This document shows positions 56,807 to 64,000 of a stretch of 64,000 bases of DNA, piece after piece; the stretch's first letter is position 1; each line of letters starts with the position of its first letter. A program made the position numbers and the translations under genes. Under the pieces are notes generated by a model. It did no database searches. It had not been told where the DNA came from and worked only from the letters and a program-made list of their open reading frames with translations. The stretch covers positions 10,585 to 74,584 of the forward strand of contig JBARZW010000065.1 of NCBI GenBank assembly GCA_049650305.1, read 5' to 3'. Source of the DNA: Candidatus Promineifilaceae bacterium (lineage in GTDB: Bacteria; Chloroflexota; Anaerolineae; Promineifilales; Promineifilaceae).

Positions 56807-57679
56807 ATGACGATCAGGGAAGCCCTGGCAACCGGCCGGAAAAAGCTCATCGATTCACCATCCCCAGCCCTAGATACCCGCCTGATCCTGGAACATGTGA
56901 TGGCAGTGAGCCACCGCTATCTCATCACTCATGATGAGGAGAGCATGAATCCGGAACAGGCTTACCGCTATCTCTCGCTCTTGGAACGAGCCAGCACTGG
57001 AGAGCCCATTCCCTACCTGATCGGCAAGACTCAGTTTCATGGCCTCGACATTAAGGTATCGCCGTCGGTGCTTATCCCAAGGCCAGAGACTGAACAGCTA
57101 GTAGATTTAGCCCTGGAATGGGTTGCACACAGGTACAGCAGGCAGGAACGGCCTCATATCATCGATGTAGGAACCGGTAGCGGCTGTATTGCTCTGGCCC
57201 TGGCAAGTGAATTACCCAACGCCACGATTGAAGCGACAGATATCTCCAAAGCTGCCCTCGAGCTGGCCGAAGAGAATTCTCGGGTTTTAGGCTTTGACGA
57301 CAGAATTAAGTTTCATCAAGGCCAATATCTTCAGCCGATAATCGAAGCCCCGGATCTCGTGGTCGCCAATCTGCCGTATATTGCCGACCACGAGTGGACG
57401 TCACTAAACGTTGGTGTAAAATGGTACGAGCCGGACGTCGCCTTACGGGGTGGGTCTGATGGATTGGATGGCATTCGGCAATTAATGGCCCAGGCCAATA
57501 ACAGGCTGGCTCGCGGCGGCGCGATGCTTCTGGAGATCGGATGGCAGCAAGGCCAGACCGCGCGCATGTTGGCCCAATCCACCTTTCCCTCCGCTCGCGT
57601 TGATCTGATACAAGATTATGGCGGGCATGATCGTGTAGTTCGCATCTGTACCGGCGAAGCCGATAGCGATATTAACTAA
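56807..57679 (+). CDS. prmC: Release factor glutamine N5-methyltransferase PrmC/HemK
   Basis: PRPETE, IIDVGTGSGCIALALA and the NLPYI motif. Confidence 0.85.
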   Translation: MTIREALATGRKKLIDSPSPALDTRLILEHVMAVSHRYLITHDEESMNPEQAYRYLSLLERASTGEPIPYLIGKTQFHGLDIKVSPSVLIPRPETEQLVDLALEWVAHRYSRQERPHIIDVGTGSGCIALALASELPNATIEATDISKAALELAEENSRVLGFDDRIKFHQGQYLQPIIEAPDLVVANLPYIADHEWTSLNVGVKWYEPDVALRGGSDGLDGIRQLMAQANNRLARGGAMLLEIGWQQGQTARMLAQSTFPSARVDLIQDYGGHDRVVRICTGEADSDIN

Positions 57680-58305
57680 TGGCAAAGATGCTGGATGCTA
57701 GTCACCCGGAAGCAATAGAACAAGCAGCCGAACTGATCAAGCTCGGCTACCTTGTCGCCTTTCCAACCGACACCTTGTACGGCGTTGGGGTAAACGTCGC
57801 TGATCCGGATGCGATTGACAAGCTCTATATTGCGAAGAACCGTTCCCGTCAGAAGGGCATCCCTGTATTGCTTGCACGAAAGAGCGATGTGGACAGCATC
57901 GCCATGAGAATCCCAGCCGAAGCCAGAGCACTCATCGATAGATATTGGCCCGGGCCGCTTACTCTCATCCTCCATAAGCGATTGGATTTAGCCAGCGGAT
58001 TGTCCCCGAACCAAGGGATTGCCGTAAGAGTACCCGATAATGTAATCGCTCGTCGCCTAATTAACAGTGCAGGAGGGGCGATCGCGACGAGCAGCGCCAA
58101 CCAGTCGGGATCCAGCCCGGCCCTTACCGCCGATCAGGCAATGAGGGCCTTAAAGGGATCTATCGCCGCGGTCCTGGATGGAGGAGCGGTACGACACGGT
58201 GTTGCTTCCACGATATTGGATTTCACTTCCGATCCTCCGCGCATAATCCGGAATGGACCGATACCAACTAAAGAACTAATAGTTGGAGATTTGAAGCTGG
58301 CATGA
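57679..58305 (+). CDS. tsaC: L-threonylcarbamoyladenylate synthase (TsaC/YwlC/Sua5 family)
   Basis: FPTDTLYGVG, KNRSRQKGIPVLL, SSANQSG. Confidence 0.85.
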   Translation: MAKMLDASHPEAIEQAAELIKLGYLVAFPTDTLYGVGVNVADPDAIDKLYIAKNRSRQKGIPVLLARKSDVDSIAMRIPAEARALIDRYWPGPLTLILHKRLDLASGLSPNQGIAVRVPDNVIARRLINSAGGAIATSSANQSGSSPALTADQAMRALKGSIAAVLDGGAVRHGVASTILDFTSDPPRIIRNGPIPTKELIVGDLKLA

Positions 58306-58880
58306 GTGGAATAACGCTACCGATCATACTGACGGTAATCGCCGCAATTGCTGCGTTGATAGCCTACCAGGGAATTAGACGCGGAGGTGCGCGTTTTTAT
58401 ACCTTGGAAAGAGAATCTATGTTACGCCGAGCCAGGTTTACACTGCTCGGTAGCTTGATGCTTTTTCTGGCAGCCATCGCGTTGCTCATATACAGCTACG
58501 GACAGATTAGCGACGATAATGGTCTGAGTAGTGGCGATGATCCGTTGAATGTTGCCACGGAAGAACCGGATGAACTGTTTGAGACGCAGCCACCAACCCC
58601 TTCTCCATCACCCACAGTTGATCCTAGTCTCCCGACTCCAACGCCAACCGAGACTATCTGCCGGGCAATCGTCGAAGGCACATCTGGAAGTGGTCTCACT
58701 TTACGGGATGCTCCAGGTGGTGGCGAGATGACGATCCTTCGCGACGGGAGCTATCTCACGCTGATAGTTGGTGAAGAGCCGGTCGAAGCCAATGGCTTTG
58801 ATTGGATAAAGGTTCGAACTGTTTCGCTAGAGGAGGGCTGGGTTGCCGAAGAGTTTTTGATCATGGGCGAATGCCGCTAG
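58302..58880 (+). CDS. Membrane-anchored protein with a C-terminal SH3b-like domain
   Basis: Two N-terminal TM helices, a Pro/Thr linker, and LTLRDAPGGGEMTILRDGSYLTLI...WIKVRTVSLEEGWVAEEFL. Its ATGA start overlaps the tsaC stop. Confidence 0.55.
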   Translation: MSGITLPIILTVIAAIAALIAYQGIRRGGARFYTLERESMLRRARFTLLGSLMLFLAAIALLIYSYGQISDDNGLSSGDDPLNVATEEPDELFETQPPTPSPSPTVDPSLPTPTPTETICRAIVEGTSGSGLTLRDAPGGGEMTILRDGSYLTLIVGEEPVEANGFDWIKVRTVSLEEGWVAEEFLIMGECR

Positions 58881-58894
58881 GGGAAACTTCCGGA

Positions 58895-60004
58895 ATGATA
58901 ATCGGCATTGACGCCAGTCGAGCCATTGAAGGTGAGCGGACAGGAACGGAAGCCTATTCCCTCTTTCTTACGAGATCACTTATCCCACTAGCCACGTCCA
59001 GGGGGCATCGTATTCGCCTCTATTACAACGACAGACCGGCCGAGGAGATATTCCCAACCGCTGATGATATTGAGCATGTGGAACTATCATTTCCGCGCCT
59101 GTGGACACATCTGAGGCTTGCATCCGAGTTACATAGGAGGCCGCCGGACGTCTTTTTCACGCCGGCCCATGTCCTACCCTACTCCTACCGTCGTCCCAGC
59201 GTGGCAACCGTGCATGATCTCGGCTTCTTGGTATACCCAGAAGCCCATACACGACGGCAGCTTGTCTACCTCCGCTGGAGCACCGGGCACAATTCGAGGC
59301 GAGCCAGAAAGGTGATCGTCGACTCCGAAGCTACTAAAAAAGACCTGATCAAATACTATAAGATACCGGCCGAAAAAGTGGAGGTGATATTCCCCGGAAT
59401 TGACCCGGAATTAAGGCCAGTTATGGATGCAGATAAACGGGCGGCTGTCATGGAGAAATATGGCATAACACCACCATACATCCTCCATATTGGAACGATC
59501 CAGCCCCGCAAGAATCTGACGCGCCTTATAGACAGCTTCATTGGCAGCGGGGTGGATCACCAGCTTGTCCTCGCCGGAAAGCTCGGGTGGCTGGCTGAGC
59601 CAATCGTGGCAAAAGTGCAAGAAATGAAACCAGCCAATCGGGAACGTATTCTTCTTGCCGGTTACATCGCCGCTGAAGACAAAGGAGCCTTGATATCCGC
59701 GGCTGAGGCCTTGGTGTTCCCTTCGCTCTATGAGGGATTTGGATTTCCCGTGGTGGAGGCGAACGCCTGCGCGACGCCGGTCTTGGCCTCGAATTCCAGC
59801 TCAATTCCAGAGGTAGCCGGTGACGCTGCCTTGCTCGTCGATCCGCTCAACCAGACGGCTATTGGCAATGGGATATCTCATATTCTTGACGATGAAACGT
59901 TGCGCCATCGCCTAGTCAAAGCTGGTTTTAATAACGTCCGGCGTTTTTCCTGGGAGACGGCGGCCGTGAAAACCCTTGATGTACTTGAGAACGCAGCCAG
60001 CTAA
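58895..60004 (+). CDS. Glycosyltransferase family 4 (GT-B)
   Basis: Start set at MIIGIDASRAI. GT1 core FPSLYEGFGFPVVEANACATPVLASNSSSIPEV. The track ORF begins at 58802 inside the upstream gene. Confidence 0.8.
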   Translation: MIIGIDASRAIEGERTGTEAYSLFLTRSLIPLATSRGHRIRLYYNDRPAEEIFPTADDIEHVELSFPRLWTHLRLASELHRRPPDVFFTPAHVLPYSYRRPSVATVHDLGFLVYPEAHTRRQLVYLRWSTGHNSRRARKVIVDSEATKKDLIKYYKIPAEKVEVIFPGIDPELRPVMDADKRAAVMEKYGITPPYILHIGTIQPRKNLTRLIDSFIGSGVDHQLVLAGKLGWLAEPIVAKVQEMKPANRERILLAGYIAAEDKGALISAAEALVFPSLYEGFGFPVVEANACATPVLASNSSSIPEVAGDAALLVDPLNQTAIGNGISHILDDETLRHRLVKAGFNNVRRFSWETAAVKTLDVLENAAS

Positions 60005-60027
60005 CAGATAGAGACGTAACCTTCAAC

Positions 60028-60592
60028 TTATCTCCCTCGCAATCTGGCGACCGTGCTTCGCAGTATTTCTAGCGTCTCCTCTATCTCGTCCAGGTGCGTG
60101 CGAAAAGAGACGACGGCAAGGCGAAGGATATAATTCCCGCCAAGCCTGGTCGAGCTTATCAGCACCCGGCTGTCCGCTCTGAGCTCTTCCACTAAACGCC
60201 GGTTAAAATCATCGATGTCCCCCCGGTCTGGAATAGCCCGGTAAGTAGCGATTAGTAATCGCTGCCAGGTAATCGCCAAGCGCGGAGTGAAAGAGACCTC
60301 CTCCAGGTATATATCCCAGCATGCGCGGTGTTGCGGTGTTGATGCCTGCCGTATCACCACTTTCTCGTAGGATCTCTAAAGCATCTTCGACTTCGAGTCC
60401 GTATTCCCCAATCGGTGAGTCATATAGTGAGCGGCCGTCACCGGGCTGCTCTACAAAAGCCGGTGAATCTGGGAGCTGTTCTAAGAAGTCATCGGCGTAT
60501 GTGGCGATCTTCTTCAATATACTGGTCCACGACCTGGCATTCGGCTCGAGCCTGCGAGCTAACTGTTCTAGACGCCTTATCTCACTCTTCAT
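60028..60592 (-). pseudogene. Remnant of a group II PLP-dependent decarboxylase (N- and C-terminal fragments, central PLP domain deleted)
   Basis: Frame 1 (60209..60592) ends with TPRMLGYIPGGGLFHSALGDYLAAITNRY, an N-terminal decarboxylase pattern. Frame 2 (60028..60360) carries DIDDFNRRLVEELRADSRVLISSTRLGGNYILRLAVVSFRTHLDEIEETLEIL, a C-terminal pattern. The total is about 565 nt against roughly 1400 nt expected. Confidence 0.55.
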
Positions 60593-60702
60593 CTATCTCC
60601 TGCCTTCTTTTGACGAATTCGTTTTTTCGATCCTTGATGCCCCCCGTCAGTCAGAGTCTTTCTCTCATAGATAGTTTTATTCATCTCTGCTGCTTCGCCA
60701 AC

Positions 60703-61056
60703 TTATAATCCAAGGTCGCTTCTTAATACTAGCTTCTTGTCGACTACTACTTCACTGCCAGTTAGACCCGGATAGTGAATGACGAAGTGAAAGTAATCCT
60801 CGGTATTCGAGATAAATGTGTGCGCTTCACCAGGGTCGACCCGCAAAACATCACCGGCGCCGATCGTAATTGTTTGATCGTTCACCCTGACTTTGGCGTT
60901 TCCCTGTCCAACCAGATATATCTCGGTTACAGTTCCGTGGACGTGCGGTTCATCTATGCCCTTATTCGCATAGCCTATCGATAGCTCGCTATTCGAGTTC
61001 CAAGGACCGAAAAGCCAGCCTTTCTCCTGTGAGGAATCGGCGTGTTCTATTCGCAT
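60703..61056 (-). CDS. Cupin domain protein
   Basis: Cupin motifs EPHVHGTVTEIYLVGQG and GDVLRVDPGEAH. Start set at ATG 61056, preceded by AAAGGAG; the track ORF extends to 61134. Confidence 0.7.
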   Translation of the reverse strand: MRIEHADSSQEKGWLFGPWNSNSELSIGYANKGIDEPHVHGTVTEIYLVGQGNAKVRVNDQTITIGAGDVLRVDPGEAHTFISNTEDYFHFVIHYPGLTGSEVVVDKKLVLRSDLGL

Positions 61057-61229
61057 CCTGCTCCTTTCAATCGTACAAATCACCAGCCGGCTGCTATATT
61101 GTCGCTCAGTACCCTCCAAGATAGATTGTGCCATATAATCATCACTCGGAAAAAAGCGGTGACCGCGTTTCCTTTTGGAAAGTGGGGCATTATGACCTCT
61201 GGTGAAATGAAGGAAGTCTTAGCTCGATA

Positions 61230-62003
61230 ATGAAAGCAGTGGATCCAATCCTCCCAATTGAGGATGAAGGGCCCGAGGCGCTCTCGATTCTCGGTGTAAA
61301 GGTCCATAATGTAACCATCGAGCATGCATTAGCTCTTGCTACGCGCTACATGGACGAACCAGGCGTACACCAGATAGCGACGGTCAATCCTGAGTTCATC
61401 ATGACTGCACAGAACGACCCTGCTTTCTACCGTGTTCTCAATGCAGCTGATCTTTGCCTTCCGGATGGCATCGGCTTACTGCTAGCAGGTCGATGGCTCG
61501 GGCAGCCTCTTTCCGAAAGGGTCGCGGGCTCAGATTTTGTCTACAGACTGGCTGCCGAAGCCGCGAACCACGGCTGGCGATTATTCCTCCTGGGAGCTGC
61601 ACCGGGTGTAGCCGATCTAGCTGCGGAAATGCTCGAGGAAAAATACCCGGGATTGCGAATAGCAGGCACATACCCAGGATCCCCGGAAATGGATGAGAAT
61701 GCAGCCCTCGTCGACCGTATCAACGAGAGCGGGGCGGACATTTTATACGTTGCCTACGGGGCGCCCGCTCAAGATATTTGGATCGCCAGGAACGTTGATG
61801 CTTTTGATAACCTGCATATCGCCATAGGCGTCGGTGGTTCGCTCGATTTCGTCACCGGACGGGCCATTCGTGCTCCCCGATGGACTCAGAGGATCGGCCT
61901 TGAATGGCTTTATCGACTGGTCAGAGAACCTTGGCGATGGAAGCGCATGTTGGCTCTACCCCGATTCACCGTTCTTGTCCTGATGTCCAGAAGCAGGAGA
62001 TAA
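61230..62003 (+). CDS. WecB/TagA/CpsF family glycosyltransferase
   Basis: ILGVKVHNVT, VATVNPEFIM-like IATVNPEFIM, PDGIGLL, LLGAAPGVA, GAPAQDIW, EWLYRL. Confidence 0.85.
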   Translation: MKAVDPILPIEDEGPEALSILGVKVHNVTIEHALALATRYMDEPGVHQIATVNPEFIMTAQNDPAFYRVLNAADLCLPDGIGLLLAGRWLGQPLSERVAGSDFVYRLAAEAANHGWRLFLLGAAPGVADLAAEMLEEKYPGLRIAGTYPGSPEMDENAALVDRINESGADILYVAYGAPAQDIWIARNVDAFDNLHIAIGVGGSLDFVTGRAIRAPRWTQRIGLEWLYRLVREPWRWKRMLALPRFTVLVLMSRSRR

Positions 62004-62184
62004 CGTTTTACCTTTCCCGATTATGGCTCTACAATCACCGTCATCGGATGGTTATTCTCGATTATAATCGAAAACTGATCCTCGGCGACGGATATGGTTG
62101 GCCTATCAATTCGCAGGTCAACTTCCTTCTCCTGCGGCTGCTTGTATTCTGTCGTTGGCTTTCTGATAAAGGAGATCTGTGACT

Positions 62185-63135
62185 ATGCGCGTCTTGATTA
62201 CCGGATCTAGCGGTCAAATTGGAACGAATCTGGGTCTTTACTTGCAAGAGAAAGGTCACTATGTCTTCGGCATCGACAAGCGGCCGAATGCTTGGACAAA
62301 TGAGATCGAGACGCTGTTGCAGGACCTAAGCGCGCCGTACCGTGATTTTAAGAATGGACTCGGACATGTCGATTATCCGCCAGATCTGGATGCGGTGGTA
62401 CACCTAGCCGCCCACGCGAAAGTCCATGAACTGGTGCAGCAACCCGATCGCGCTCTGGAAAATATCACGATGACCTTCAACGTTCTGGAATTTTGTAGGC
62501 AAAACGATGTCCCGCTCATTTTCAGTAGTTCTCGCGAAGTCTATGGTGACATTCATCGCTACATTACCGAGGAATCTTACGCAGATTTCGCCTTCACTGA
62601 GAGTCCCTACTCGGCGAGCAAGATCTCTGGGGAGGCGCTGATTTACTCTTACGCGCAATGTTACGGCTTGAATTATTTAGTCTACCGGTTCAGCAATGTC
62701 TATGGTCGATATGACAATGACCTGGAACGCATGTCCCGCGTCATTCCAAAATTCATTCGACAAATAAGCGAACGGCAGCCAATTACAGTGTACGGGAAAG
62801 ACAAGGTCCTTGATTTTACCTACATAGACGACTGCGTTGGCGGCGTCGCCAGGGGTCTAGAGTTGTTGACTGGCGATAGTGACATGAACCAAACGATAAA
62901 CCTCGCCTTTGGACAGGGCAATAGCCTGGTAACATTGGCCGAATATATCGGTCAGGCCTTGGGAATCGAACCTGAGCTGCAGATCAAGCCGCCGCGTGTT
63001 GGCGAGGTTACCCATTATGTGGCCAACATCGGAAAGGCTCACGCGTTGCTGGGCTACACACCAGAAGTGTCGTTGAGAGAAGGTATCGAAAGGGCAGTTG
63101 CTTGGAGTACCGAGTGGTGGTCGACTCATCCTTAG
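62185..63135 (+). CDS. NAD-dependent sugar-nucleotide epimerase/dehydratase
   Basis: MRVLITGSSGQIG and the YSASK catalytic motif. AAGGAG lies 10 nt upstream of ATG 62185; the track starts at GTG 62179. Confidence 0.85.
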   Translation: MRVLITGSSGQIGTNLGLYLQEKGHYVFGIDKRPNAWTNEIETLLQDLSAPYRDFKNGLGHVDYPPDLDAVVHLAAHAKVHELVQQPDRALENITMTFNVLEFCRQNDVPLIFSSSREVYGDIHRYITEESYADFAFTESPYSASKISGEALIYSYAQCYGLNYLVYRFSNVYGRYDNDLERMSRVIPKFIRQISERQPITVYGKDKVLDFTYIDDCVGGVARGLELLTGDSDMNQTINLAFGQGNSLVTLAEYIGQALGIEPELQIKPPRVGEVTHYVANIGKAHALLGYTPEVSLREGIERAVAWSTEWWSTHP

Positions 63136-63143
63136 ATTTACAG

Positions 63144-63830
63144 ATGAATCGAGCCCAGTTGCTGGTTCACCTGGCCCATCTGATAAACAAGGTCACGTGC
63201 GCCCATCCTCTTCGCGTCGCTGTCGATGGCGTTGATGCGGCCGGCAAAACGACTTTAGCTCATGAGCTGTCCTTGAAGCTAGGGGAGATGGGACGGGTTG
63301 TCATCCTGTCGACTATCGACGGATTTCACAACCCTCGTTCAATTCGCTATCGTCGTGGGCCTATGTCTCCTGAAGGGTATTTCCATGATTCCTTCGACTA
63401 CCGGTCGATAACGAGCCGGCTTCTCATTCCTCTCGGACAAGACGGGGACCGGTGCTACCAGACGGCCGTATTCGATTACAGATCTGACCAGATCGTCAAG
63501 GTTCCGGTTCTCAGGGCGCCAGACGATGCGGTTCTGCTTCTCGATGGAATCTTTCTGCAGAGACCTGAGTTGGCCGGATTTTGGGACTTTTGCCTATTCG
63601 TTGATGCGACAGTGGAGACGGCCCTGGAACGAGCGACAATCCGGTACACAAGCACGAATGGCCGAGATCATCAATCGGCTGACGTCGCGGATCTGCGAAA
63701 ACGATACATGCTTCGCTATATCCCCGCCCAGCAAGATTATCTACGTAGCTGCCATCCAAAGGCAATGGCAAACGTCGTCATCGACAACAACGACCTAACC
63801 AGGCCATTTATAAGCCATACCCGGATATGA
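63144..63830 (+). CDS. P-loop kinase, uridine kinase/phosphoribulokinase-like
   Basis: Walker A VAVDGVDAAGKTTLA and a later LLLDGIFL Walker-B-like strand. Start set at ATG 63144. Confidence 0.6.
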   Translation: MNRAQLLVHLAHLINKVTCAHPLRVAVDGVDAAGKTTLAHELSLKLGEMGRVVILSTIDGFHNPRSIRYRRGPMSPEGYFHDSFDYRSITSRLLIPLGQDGDRCYQTAVFDYRSDQIVKVPVLRAPDDAVLLLDGIFLQRPELAGFWDFCLFVDATVETALERATIRYTSTNGRDHQSADVADLRKRYMLRYIPAQQDYLRSCHPKAMANVVIDNNDLTRPFISHTRI

Positions 63831-64000
63831 TTTTCGTCGACGTATCCGCCGCCGTGCATAGCCGCGCCGGGCTTGGTCGATACGCAGAGAGCCTTGCCCG
63901 ATCTCTTGCCGATATTGCTCCCGATCGCTTTGCCCTGTTCTACAATCGAGGTCGGGACGGGCGCATTCCGGATAGCCTTCATTCTCTACCCGGCAAAAGC
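63827..64000 (+). CDS. Glycosyltransferase (GT4-like N-terminus), 3-prime end beyond the window
   Basis: My translation MIFVDVSAAVHSRAGLGRYAESLARSLADIAPDRFALFYNRG resembles the N-terminus of the GT4 at 58895 (MIIGIDASRAI..GTEAYS). ATGA overlap with the upstream stop. Not in the ORF track because there is no stop inside the window. Confidence 0.5.
   Translation, partial: MIFVDVSAAVHSRAGLGRYAESLARSLADIAPDRFALFYNRGRDGRIPDSLHSLPGKS

Noticed and set aside
1-64000. tRNA, rRNA, CRISPR and IS elements anywhere in the window
   Set aside because: I inspected the larger intergenic regions (2258-2762, 9137-9857, 30247-30412, 38582-38878, 45134-45393, 53173-53429) by eye. I found no cloverleaf-like GTTCGAATC-type T-arm context, rRNA-like segments or terminal inverted repeats. 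A tRNAscan/Infernal run would be needed to be certain.

Overview
This is a gene-dense chromosomal window with about 60 CDS. I recognised no rRNA, tRNA, CRISPR array, transposase or integrase. All calls come from reading the supplied translations, my own translation of a few stretches, and recalled family motifs; no database search was run. Blocks from left to right: (1) 1-9136 is a xanthine-dehydrogenase-family molybdenum hydroxylase locus on the minus strand. It holds XdhC, a fused FAD/2Fe-2S subunit, a Moco subunit and two interleaved paralogous small membrane proteins, next to a divergent LysR regulator and a YqeB/EF2563-like gene cut by the window edge. (2) 9858-18668 is a complete eight-gene MoxR/DUF58/BatA-E (Bacteroides aerotolerance type) operon. 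(3) 18690-21595 holds a GT2 gene and an OmpR/histidine-kinase pair. (4) 21592-30246 holds redox and sugar genes plus an F420 block (LLM oxidoreductase, cofC, cofD). (5) 30413-38581 holds nucleic-acid housekeeping genes: rph, a RarA with an unusual C-terminal methyltransferase-like extension, an endonuclease III-like gene, an apparently orphan N6-adenine DNA methyltransferase, and asnS. (6) 38879-64000 is a large envelope glycan cluster with GT2/GT4 genes, a Wzx-like flippase, epimerases, TagA, a four-repeat secreted protein and a TolB-like lipoprotein. It is interrupted by a sat/cysC PAPS-synthesis module surrounded by three alkaline-phosphatase-superfamily genes, and by prmC-tsaC. The most unusual items are these: a tandem array of six AGGA-loop hairpins with compensatory stem substitutions at 37137-37240, resembling CsrB/Rsm sponge RNAs; the duplicated small membrane proteins inside the hydroxylase operon; an NPP-like gene wedged between sat and cysC, together with a Tat-exported sulfatase-family protein lacking the C/S-x-P-x-R motif; the RarA fusion; a sulfotransferase stump; and a decayed decarboxylase pseudogene. 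Gene content (F420 genes, Bat operon, frequent GTG/TTG starts) is compatible with a Chloroflexota-like organism, but that is only a weak inference.
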